Assembly (NCBI RefSeq): GCF_001194135.2
Contig: NC_068984.1
Coordinates: 93,510,359 to 93,574,358, forward strand
Source of the DNA: Octopus bimaculoides
Taxonomy: Eukaryota
DNA length: 64,000 nt
Direction of reading: 5' to 3'
Every line of letters begins with the position of its first letter. Position 1 is the first letter of the stretch. Below the pieces are notes generated by a model. That model worked only from the letters and a program-made list of their open reading frames with translations. It made no database searches and was not told the origin of the DNA. Below, in pieces: positions 38,070 through 49,619 of the stretch. Both the position numbers and the translations under genes were made by a program.

Positions 38070-40858
38070 GTCTAATGAGATTGTAGAGATGCTTGAACAG
38101 AGGCATGTTGATGTATGTTGCATTCAAGAAGTAAAGTGGAGAGGAAGCTTCAGCCAGGTTCCTCACAGACAACACACATAGGTATAATATTTTCTGGGAA
38201 GGAAACAGCAATGGGTTAGGTGATGTGGGCATACTTCTTGCAGAGAAATGAGTGGATAGGGTGATGGAGGTAGTTAGAGTGTGCGATAGAGTACTTAAGC
38301 TCAGGCTAGTTTTGTAGAATAGTATAGCAACAATTATTTCTGCCTATGCACCCCCAAATGGGCCTACCAAATGAACAAAAGTACTGCTTTTTTATGATAT
38401 TCTTCTGCAGGCTACCTCAAAGATGAGTGACAATGATCTCATTTTCATGGATGTGGATTTCAATGAGCATGTCAGGCAGCAGCCTGGTATAATCCATGGT
38501 GTACATGGGGTCCATGGAAATGAAGAGGGAACAAGGCTACTGGAGTTCTATGATGATAATAACTTATTCATCTGCAACACCAACTTCAGGAAGCCAGCCA
38601 GATTGATTACATTCTCACCAGAGAGTAGGATGCATGGTTGCTCTGAAATACAAGGACCTTCCTTGGTGAAGAATGCACCCCCAGGCATAGAGTAGTCATT
38701 GGTGACTTTAGGCTCTAGGCTAGAAGGATACCAAGAAGCAAACCAATCTGGAAAAGAAGGATTTGGAAGCTCAAGGACCACTCATATGATCATAGATCCA
38801 GGGACATCCTAATTGAGAAATTTGAGGAATTTGATGAGGAGGAACTATAGACTTGTAACATAGAAAGCAACTGGGAATTCCTGCAGGACTGCTTGCTGAG
38901 TGCCACAGACCAAATCTGTGGATGGTGCAAAGCCCCATCCAGACTTAGCGTGGTGGTGGAACGATGCTGTAGACAAGGCCATTAGAGCAAAGAAACAGGC
39001 CTGGAAGAATTGGGGTAGGAGGGAACTGTATCAGATAGCGAGAAGGGAAGCTAGGAGACAGATATATCTAGCTAGGAGAGAAGCAGAAAAGAAGTTTGCT
39101 TATGTTCAGTGACTTGAGGACCAAAGACTTGAAGTGTTTTGGATTGCAAGACAGTGTGTGAAAGAAAATTATGTGCAGGAGACAAATGTGTCCTCATGGA
39201 TGATGGTGCACTTGCATTTAATGATTCTGCAAAGAGGCTTGGAAATGCCATTCTGAAAGACTGTTAATCTAGAGATAGATGAGTGGTTGGTAAGAGCTGT
39301 ACAAGACATGTACAGGGATGTTGTCAGTAAGCTGAGGGTTGGCAACAAGTACAGTGAAAAATTTAGGGTAGAAGTAGGGGTTCACCAAGGATCAGTCTTG
39401 CCCTCTTCATCATAGTCCTCCAGGCAATAAAAGAGGAATTCAAGACAGGCTGCCCCTGGGACCTCCTCTATTCTGGTGACATTGTTCTTATAGCTGAACC
39501 ACTACCAGAACTTGGGAAGAAGTTTCAGGTATGGAAGCAAAGTCTAGAATCAAAGAGCCTTAGAGTCAATCTAACAAAAACCAAAGTCTTAGTAAGTAGG
39601 AAGGCAGACAAATCACAAATCCCTTTAGGTAGATGGCCCTGCTCGATCTGTAGAAAAGGCATAGGTAGAAACTCCATAAGATGTACCTGGTGTAAGCTAT
39701 GGACACATAAGATGTACAGCAATATCAGAGGAAGGTTAATAGGGAAAATAGCTTTCATGTGTGAAAATGTACAGGTATAATAAACACGGAAAATGTGCAG
39801 AAAATAGACTCCATCAACTGCCAGCAGGGTAAACTAGAGGTAGTAGATAGCTTCTGTTATCTGGGTGACCAAGTTAGAAGTGGAGGTGGATGCTCCAAGA
39901 ACATAGCTCTAAGAATAAGAATAGACTGGGCAAAGTTCAGAGAGCTCCTACTTCTGCTGGAAACAAGAGGCCTCTCCTTCAGAATGAAAGGCAGATTGTA
40001 TGATGCTTGTGTGCAAACTGCTATGCTACATGGCAGTGAAACATGGGCTGTGACAGCTGAGGACATGCATAGGCTTGAAAGAAATTAAGCCAGTATGCTT
40101 TGCTGGTTGTGCAATGTCAGTGTGCATATATGACAGAGTGTATGCATCTTCACGGAAATGTTGGGCATAAGAGGCATCAGATATGGTGTGCAAGAGAGGC
40201 AACTGTGCTGGTATGGTCATGTGATGCATATGGACGAGGATAGCTGTGTAAAAATGTGCCAATCTCTAACTGTGGAGGAAACCTGTGGTAGAGGTAGATC
40301 CAGGAAGACATGGAACGAGGTGATGAAGCATGACCTTTGGACTCACGAAGTCAATGACTAGTGACCAAGACCTTTGGCAACATGATGTGTTTGAGAAGAC
40401 CCATCAAGCCAATTGAAATTGGTAGTCTTGGGCAATGTTGGTGTCATATAACTGGCACCTGTGCTAGTGGCACATAAAATGCACCTTTTGAACATTGGGC
40501 TTCATGGATGCAAGATGACCAATGCCAGTGGCACATGAAAAGCGCACCTTGCAAGTATTGGGCCTCATGGGGGCAATGCCGAATGAGTAAGACCTTTGGC
40601 ATTATGCCATGCTTGAGAAGACTCATCAAACCAAATAAAATCACAATCATAGCAGATACTGGTGTCACACAAATGGCACCCATGCCAGTGGCATGTAAAA
40701 GTACTAATTACACTCTCAGAGTGGTTAGTGTTAGGAAGGGCATACAACCATAGAAACCATGCCAAATCAGCAAGTGCAGCCTTCCGGCTTGTCAGCCCTG
40801 GTCTAACCGTCCAACTATTGCCAGTATAGACAACGGATGTTAGATGATGATGATGATT
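38070..40858 (+). mobile_element. RTE LINE (copy C), internally deleted
   Basis: Endonuclease region, jump near 39265 into RT, PHD-like finger, C-terminus and (GAT)n tail. Confidence 0.88.
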
Positions 40859-40863
40859 TACTC

Positions 40864-41200
40864 TTTTACTTGTTTCAGTCATTTGACTGCAGCCATGCTG
40901 GAGCACTGCCTTTTAGTCGAGCAAATCGACCCCAGGACTTATTCCTTGTAAGCCTAGTACTTATTCTATCAGTTTCTTTTGCTGAACCGCTAAGTTACAG
41001 GGACATAAACACACCACCATCGGTTGTCAAGTGGTGTTATATATACGACGGGCTTCTTTCAGTTTCGGTCTACCAAATCCACTCACAAGGCTTTGGTCGG
41101 CCTGAGGCTCTAGTAGAAGACACTTGCCCAAGGTGCCACGCAGTAGGACTGAACCCAGAACCATGTGGTTGGTAAGCAAGCTACTTACCACACAGCCACT
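40864..41200 (-). mobile_element. tRNA-derived CORE-like SINE, best-preserved copy
   Basis: Minus strand reads AGTGGCTGTGTGGTAAG (A box), GGTTCTGGGTTCAGTCC (B box), then GCACCTTGGGCAAGTGTC. Confidence 0.85.
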
Positions 41201-41631
41201 CGTGTCCCAAAAATCACATTAATATGTTGTTAAATAAAAAAGTTGCAGTTGTTTTATGAAGCCAGTTTTTATGTTTTAAAGAAACATAATCCAGTTATGC
41301 TAAAACTATCGAATTAAAACATTGATTACTTCCAATGATTGTTTTTCTGAAAGTTTTCTAAACGAAAACTGCAAGTATTAAACATTAAGCAGAATGTAGA
41401 AAAGAAAAAAAATGATCATTTTATATGGATTCCAATTTGCCAGTTCAAAAACTGCATTTTCTGTCATAAATGGGCATTTGAAAAGTGTTAATTACTGGAG
41501 CATAAACAAGCACTTTGGTGAACCCCATATGTCCTGTGTGATGCTTATTGGAACATGTCTTATTGAAAATGTCAGTTTTTCATATAAATGATACAAAAAT
41601 TCAGTAGTATGTAAGAATACAACTTACTTAA

Positions 41632-41748
41632 CCCTTTGAGCCCTGGTCTCCCGAACCTTATTTTACCATATACCTGGCACTCCACCAGTGCCACGGTATA
41701 GAGGAAAACAAGCCATCCACAGGTAAACTGGTGTTTGGGCTCAAAGGG
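41632..41748. mobile_element. 117-bp piggyBac-type MITE with a distinct TIR
   Basis: Perfect 12-bp TIR CCCTTTGAGCCC / GGGCTCAAAGGG. TTAA on the left and CTAA on the right. Confidence 0.8.
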
Positions 41749-42107
41749 CTAAAATATAACCCCTCATGTACTTTATACAGCGATCTTGCAATCAGTATTG
41801 TAACTCAGAAAATGAGTCCTTAGTGATTGAAAATTACAAAACAAGTGAAATAATCCAACAGATAATTTGCATGTGGTTACATAAGGACACAAGTGGGAAA
41901 TTAGTTTTCATTACGCATATGCATAGTGGTCACATGACAGCATACCATGGATGACAACAATCAGAAAAAGAGTCTATTGAAAAAGTTTTCCAGCATGTAT
42001 TTAATTTTCAACACTAATAATCTAAAAATAATTTCAAATGAGTAGAGGATGAATTTATGAATTTTGTAAGATAGTATCTAATAAGTTAGGTTTTTCTTTA
42101 TTTATTA

Positions 42108-43548
42108 CTAGCAGCTAAGCCTGGTTTCACCCGGTCTGTTTGGATGATGTGGCCATGATCTTTTTCAGTTATGCATAATCTATAACAGCGTTTCTCAACC
42201 TTATCATATCGGGTCCCCTGTTTCAATTGAGGCCTCCAGCTGTATGAAAATTTCTTGACTCCCCCCTCCTTGTCAGAAAACAGCTTCAGGAGTTGTGAAG
42301 AACAAATTTATATGTTGTCTGTTTCTGAGAGCTATTCTATTGGACCTCTCTCTAACCATTAAAACATTGATTTAATTATGAACATAGAAAGAAATTATAC
42401 ATTAATCCCTATTTTTGTTAGCAGTTGTATCCGTAAAAATGTTATTTGCAGAGAGCAGAAATTGAAAGAAGATATATGAAATGGACATGTGTGCGTGTGT
42501 GCATGCGTGCTCGCACGTGTGTATGTAAGAGAGAAAGGGGGTGAGAAAGAGAGATAGAGTGAGTGAGTAAAGGTGTATGTCATGATGATTGACATCTTTT
42601 AAGGTACACACACATACATAGAAAATGTCATTGTATAAAATTTTTAGGATAGTTGATTTATGGAAAAGATTGTGTTTAATTTTTGAAATGCAAATATGTG
42701 AATGAAAATTAAGATCAGACCTCTACATGGTAGCTAGACCTGGTAGAAATAGCAGCCAAATCTCCCTCAAAACACCCTACTGTCTTAATCTGTCAATTCT
42801 GCCTATTATGTAGTTTGAAAACTCCTGAAGAACGAATTTGTACGTAGTCTGTTTGTGAGAGCTATTTATTGGACCTCTGTCTAATCATGAAAACATTGAT
42901 TTAATTATGAACATAGAAAGAAATTATATATTAATCCCTATTTTTGTAAGCAGTTGTATCCATAAAAATTTTATTTGCAGAGAGCAAAAATTGAAAGAAG
43001 ATATATGAAATGGACGCGCGCGGGCGTGCGTGCGNNNNNNNNNNNNNNNNNNNNNNNNNNNNNNNNNNGAGGTGGTTTGTGTTTATCTTTCGAGTCGAAT
43101 TGTTAATTTGTCTGTAATAGCAATGCCCAGACAAGTCCTTCTCCGGTAAGTTGAAGAAACAATAAGAATATTTTAATAAGTTTTAGCTTCAGTTTATATT
43201 TTATATGTTACCAGACAATGTTTTTATAGTTAATGTACATATGTGAGATAGTTTCACTTTAATAGTTTTAGTATTAAAGAGAAACTATTAAAGTGAAACT
43301 GTCTGACATTAGAATAGAGAGATGTTATTGTTTCACTTTTGACACGTACTACTGCAATAGTGGAGATGTAATATTGCACTGGGCTCGCACTAGGCAAGAA
43401 GTTAAAAATTTTTTTGGCCTATAACATTACCTGGACTGTAAGTAAGGCATGTGTAAAATTTGAATGAAATTGGTTGTGTAGTTCTCAAGTTTTAGGGATT
43501 CACACAGACAGACTCACAGACACACATTCTCATCTTTATCTATATAGA
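42108..43548 (-). mobile_element. Non-autonomous Helitron, both termini present
   Basis: Minus strand reads A|TCTATATAGATAAAG at the 5' end (43548) and a CCGGGT-GAA-ACCAGG hairpin then CTAG|T at the 3' end (42108). Confidence 0.75.
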
Positions 43549-43879
43549 TACTCTGCTATGTCACATGAAAAAAAAACTGTTCAGTTTCCCTGGTTACAGA
43601 ATTGCTTCCATTTGCAATATTTTCTCAAATTCAGATTTTGATATGTTGTGTTGAAGTGTTCATACATTGGCTTGATCAAGAGACAAATAACAAAATAAAT
43701 GATAATTTTCTGATGATTATATAGGTATTATAATAAGTTTTAAAATACAAAGAACTGTAGAAATGTAATGTTTTGACTTTACTGGGTTTCTCGAACACAT
43801 TCACATGTGTGCATGTACATAAAAATAGTGGTCACATGACAGCATACCACACATGGGAACAATCAGAGAAGAGAATGTA

Positions 43880-44705
43880 AGGTATCAAGGTACAATACAC
43901 CAAACTGCTCAGGGATAATAACCCTGGATGCACCACTGATATCACGCTGAAGGGTGTCAAACAAGGAGATACCATCTCTCCAAAGCACCTCACTGCATGT
44001 CTAAAATTGGTCATCAGAGACATTTACAGAACAGGTGGTGTGAACATCACCAACAAGTTACTAATACACCTCCAATTTGCAGACAACATCGTACTCATCA
44101 CCAAAACCATAGATCTGCTGCAGACAATGCTGACAGAGCAGAACCCATAGCTCAGCAGCAGGCCTTTAAATTGTGTGAAAACAAAATACATGCAGTCTGG
44201 AAACCTATCACGCAACTGAATAATTTTGGAATAGAGGTATGAAATTGAGAAGGTAAAGGAGTACATATTCTTAGGGCAAACAGTGAATATGCACTGCGAC
44301 ATGGATGCTGAAATCTCAACAAGAATAACGAAGACATTTAGCCTAATAAAGGATGTGTCCAAAGCAAAGCTGAAGAAGACCAGATATACCAGACTCTACA
44401 ATAGTACCATCCTTCACTCTTACACATAAGTGAGATGTGGGCTATTACAAACAGGAAGGAACATCACGTGGCTATGGTACAAAAGGCTATGGAAAGATCT
44501 ATGCTACGAATATCATTATGAGGGCATATCCAAAATGAGATAATTTTGAAAACAATGTGGAGTGAACAACATGATTGCAAAATATCAAAAGCACAAGTTC
44601 CACTGGGCCAGACATGTTACAAGATTCACAGACAACAGGTGGATCCATGCAGTTGCTGAGTGGAAAAGGCCACTTAGATAGCCTCCATGATAATGACAAT
44701 ATTGT
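43880..44705 (+). mobile_element. RTE-1-like LINE RT fragment, third family, interrupted by piggyBac
   Basis: KGVKQGDTISPK, HLQFADNIVL, EYIFLGQ and FHWARHV. Resumes briefly after 45725. Confidence 0.75.
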
Positions 44706-44709
44706 TTAA

Positions 44710-45721
44710 CCCTTTTGTTACTAACCCGGCCGTAAAATTTTTTGGTTCATAAGACCAACCCGGCCATAGCCGGCCGAGAGTACTCATTGTTATTTAAATG
44801 TATATTTGAACCCAAATCTCATTAGTACATTCGTTAAAACACCTGATTTCACTTTGCAAACAGTTGAGTTATTGTCTCCGACATTGTTTGGTGTGATATT
44901 TGAACTCAGTGAATTTTGGAAGATTTTTCTCCACATTTTTTTGCGGCGTTAATTTTTTTCAACTTTGAAGATGGAGAGGAGTTTCATGCTATCAAGCAGT
45001 GATTCTGAATTTGAAGGTTTTTCAACAGAAGATATGGAGATATCGAAGAAAAGAATGAATGAGCTACAAAAGCACGTGGTGAACGATAATGAATCAGATA
45101 TTTCTGTATCTNNNNNNNNNNNNNNNNNNNNNNNNNNNNNNNNNNNNNNNNNNNNNNNNNNNNNNNNNNNNNNNNNNNNNNNNNNNNNNNNNNNNNNNNN
45201 NNNNNNNNNNNNNNNNNNNNNNNNNNNNNNNNNNNNNNNNNNNNNNNNNNNNNNNNNNNNNNNNNNNNNNNNNNNNNNNNNNNNNNNNNNNNNNNNNNNN
45301 NNNNNNNNNNNNNNNNNNNNNNNNNNNNNNNNNNNNNNNNNNNNNNNNNNNNNNNNNNNNNNNNNNNNNNNNNNNGTTTCCTGCAACTGTAGATGAAATA
45401 CGGGCATTTTTTGCCATAAATATTACTATGGGTATTAGACAGTTACCCAGAATAACAAATTACTGGAGCAATCAGGAACCTTTTGGCGATGAATATATTT
45501 TCAGTATTATGAACGAGTACAATTCGTGAAGCTGAACCAATATTTACATGTGAGAGACACTAGCAGTACCCCAGTACGTGGAGAACTTTGAGACAAAAAT
45601 TATGCAATAGAATTGATTAAGAACCCTGTTTAGTGAGACTAGTCTAAATTCATGATTATTTTAGAATTTAATTGAAACTCATGAGGGGTGTATTTTGGTC
45701 AGAAATATAGTAACGAAAGGG
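44710..45721 (+). mobile_element. piggyBac element (family B), internally deleted and gapped
   Basis: TTAA at 44706-09 and 45722-25. TIR CCCTTTTGTTACTA / TAGTAACGAAAGGG. Transposase pieces MERSFMLSSSDSEFEGF and EIRAFFAINITMG. The right end is nearly identical to that of 7493-8937. Confidence 0.9.
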
Positions 45722-46987
45722 TTAATGATTTAGGTCAAGATGGAAAAGAATGACACAATCAGGAAAGAATTAGAAACGTATTTTGACCAGTGATGTATAA
45801 CATCTAATGGCTGGTTGGTTGGTTGGTAGGTAGGTAAGTAGATAGATGTATGTATGTTTGTGTGTGTATACATACACACACGCACAATAACAAAAAGTAG
45901 TAAGGTATGAATGAAGGTAGAGGAGGTATTTTGTATGGTATGATAGAAAGGTACAGTAAATAGCAGAAAAAAACTGAGAGATGAGAGAGCACCAAATAGG
46001 CAAGAGAGATGGTAACTTAGCATATACAAGTGGTTAAAGACCAAGGCATAGATATATAACAGGAGTGGCCAAGTTGTTTGATAAAAAGAGTTGCCTATGT
46101 ATTTTTTTGCTTGGTTTCTATGTCTGGATATGCTTTCAAATGCCAACCACTTTACAGAGTGTATTGGGTGCATTTTTTGAGACACCAATACTAGTCAGGT
46201 CAGAGATCTCATCACAGGCTAATGTGACCTGCTACTGGAACCATGTAAACTGGGATTACTTGTTCTATGGTTGAGTGGTCAGCAACTAAACAAGTCTCCC
46301 ACTTGATTAGCATGCTACTCTCATGAGAAAGGTGTTTGGACACCCAGCAGGATTAAGAACACCTGTTGAGGAACAGATAAGCTCTTTGTGAGCCAGAGGC
46401 CATCCAATTGGGATGTAATTGCAAATCACCCCCAGAAAACACTATGAGAAAGTCAGAACAAAGTAACACTATGGTTCCATCCAACAGGAGAAGTTGTGTT
46501 TAATCAAATGGACTTTTGGTGTAGTGTCATCATTACACTGCAGAAAGCATAAAATACATGACAATGACGAGTACTAGAGAGGATGAGCATGAGAGAGTGA
46601 TGGATAGCAAGAGGTGGATATATGATGAGTGAATGATGAATGTCAATACCAAACAACCCATGAGGAGTATAGGTAGAATGTAGGGAAAATAAACAGCTCT
46701 GAAAAAGTTCCTTAAGTATATACCTCAAGATTATGAGAGAGCTAGAGTAATATGGATGAGAGAGGGATGGATGGAGTGTTCAAGAGAAGGTCAGATAGGC
46801 ATCTCTAGTTATACTAGAAGGAATGTACAGTGAGATGAAGGTACAATGAGGGTGAGAAGAGGAGAATGGTTGAGAGATAAGCAATTGGGGCATAAGCACC
46901 AGAGGTATGAGTAATAAAAGGGTAACAGCAACATGGTTGACAGACAGGTAGATGACAAGAGACAAACAAATGTGTTAGAGGGATGAA

Positions 46988-47328
46988 GGCACATGGCTCA
47001 GTGGTTAGAGCATTGGGCTCACAATCATGAGGTAGTTCATTTAATTCTTGGATCAGGCTGTGTGTTGTGATCTTGAGCAAGATACTTTATTTCACATTGC
47101 TCCAGTTCACTCAGCTATAGAAATGAGTTGCAATGTCACTGGTGCCAAGCTATATCAGCATTTGCCTTCCCCTTGGATAACATTGGTGGTAAAGAGAGGG
47201 AAGGCTGGTATGCATGGGCAACTGCTGGTCTTCCATAAACAAGCTTACCCAGACTTGTGCCTCAGAGGGTAACTTTCTATGTGCAAACCCATGGTCATTC
47301 ATGACCGAAGGGGGTCTTTACCCCTTTA
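46988..47328 (+). mobile_element. tRNA-derived SINE, second family
   Basis: GGCACATGGCTCAGTGGTTAGAGC head (A box) and a CORE-like cttgagcaagatacttta segment. Confidence 0.7.
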
Positions 47329-49619
47329 GATGTGTGTACATCATGTCCGTTTATAGATACACTGAAAAGTATAAAGTTATATATATACATATATATTACT
47401 AACTGTTAAAACATTAAACTTTTCACTACCAGTAGTGATACCAACTATTTTGCTCAGGTTGATATTGACAGAAGTGTCAGTAAATTCAACACATATCTTT
47501 AAATTTCAAACAAAAGACTTTGAATGTGATTTTTAAAATTTAATATTTACAAAATGAAAAGCATGTAAAGTAAAGCAATTAATTGGCATACATAGACAAT
47601 CTTCATGGAGAAAACTAATTACAAATTACAGATTTTATTTCTAAAGTCAGTAGAAAAATCCCTGAAATGAAAGTTACATCTTTGTAAAACACACAAACAA
47701 CCTTTTACTAGCAGCAAAATGTAGAAGTTGGAGGATGATAACTGAGCCTGAAAAAGTACAAGACATGAAGTGAAAGTTTAAAAATATTGTAGCTAAAGTT
47801 AGAATTTGAATTTAATAAATACTTTGAATTCAGATGGAAGAAATTAGTTGGAAAAACATGAGGAAGGCATCTGAGCATTTTCAAATATTGAAAAGCAGAC
47901 TATAAGTCTAACATATATAAATACTTCTTCATCCACCAGATTTTATTTCATAAATATAAATTCCAAATTTCATCATAGGAGGATAGGAGGAGTTAGAATC
48001 TAAAAAGGGTGTTATACTTTTACATTTGAATGAAGCTAAAAACTTTTTTGTTATTTCAATTCCAATTTAAGCTGCTATATTTTTAAGCTTCCACTCCCTC
48101 TTGTCCTGTACATTTTTAGATCCGGTTGATTACGAATATAACTTCTTTCTGAGCCTGCATTTTCCCCACCATCAGTCTACTCTTTTTACAGCCAAAAACT
48201 AATTGTTATTGAGACAAAACTCAAAAAGTATAAATGACAAAAAAAAAAATTTTTCCCCAAAAAATTTTTAACTATTGTAAAAATGTAAATTTTATAAATT
48301 AACAAAAAGTAAATTATATAAAAATGCCCCTGAGAAACCCAAAACAAAGGAGGGAAATGTCAATAAAGCAGCAGAAGATAAATTAAATGATGTTAGTCAG
48401 AACGAAGTATACAGCAAATATATTTCAACTGGTTGGAGGTAAAAGGGATCTAAATATTTACATTCTTGACAAACACCTTAATTACCATGTGAATCACTTC
48501 ATTGACATGGTGTAGAATAAGTGAGTTTTAAATATTTTAAATGATCTTGTGAATAGGGAGATTTATTCATTTCCTTTTCAATCCCAACAATACACTGGAG
48601 TTAGCTTTTCCCTCTTTGAGAAATAGTACTATAATGTATCCTGAGTTACAATTGAAGTCTAAGAAATGAGCCAAGTATTAGATGTTTTTAGTCAAGAGCA
48701 AGTTGCAAGTCTATAAAAACCTGTGCAGATTATTAAGAAAAATAATGTTTTGACCTGAAGGTTTAAATAGTGTTTTCATTTTCGTTCATAGAGAAGAAAC
48801 AACAATTATACAAATGCAAACTTTATTGTTTTCTCACTAATATAACAGGTGGAGGGGTGGGCAGAAAATTTACCAAATATTTCAGTTAGACTGGTTGGAG
48901 CAAATGGGGACAAGTGTGCTAATGCACTCCAAATTTATGTGGGGCGGGTGTGATTATTCCAAAAAGCAGAGGGGGAGATGATATAAAAATGGTAATTTTG
49001 GAAAAAGTTATTTTCCAGACCTTTGGCTGTTATTTCTTGTACGTTAAACAACCACAATGAGACCTCTTTTACTTCATCTACTAGTTCAAAAGGTACCTAT
49101 GCACAGACAGTGAATATTGTTATTTCAATAGCTGAGTGAGGTTGTGATTTATAAAACTAGAAATTTTGGAAAAATATTTTTTTTCAGCGATTTGCCTATG
49201 CTATCTTATCTGCATCCACATGAGGAAATAAGTAATTAATTTCAAAACTATCTAATATGTTGGTATGAGGGTGAGGTGGGTATTCTGAAAGCCTGGGAGG
49301 TGAGGAAACATTAAAAAATTGAAAAATTGAAAGTAAATTTATTTTCAGGATTGTAAATTTTTCTGTATCATTCTATGTAAAGTTCTGAGATAAAAAAAAA
49401 AAAAAAAAAAAAAAAAGAGACAAAAAAATTGTGTGAGAAGGTATTCAAATCTCTACTTTGGTTGGGTCAGGCTGTGTGTGTGTATGTGTGTGTGTGCGTG
49501 CGTGTTACATATAGGCATAACTACAGTTTAGCACTCCAGTGATCACTGTCAAATGCGACCTATGTTTGCCTCAAAAGCTGTTTTTTTTTTCTACTCAGAA
49601 GTATGATGATTGAGAAATA

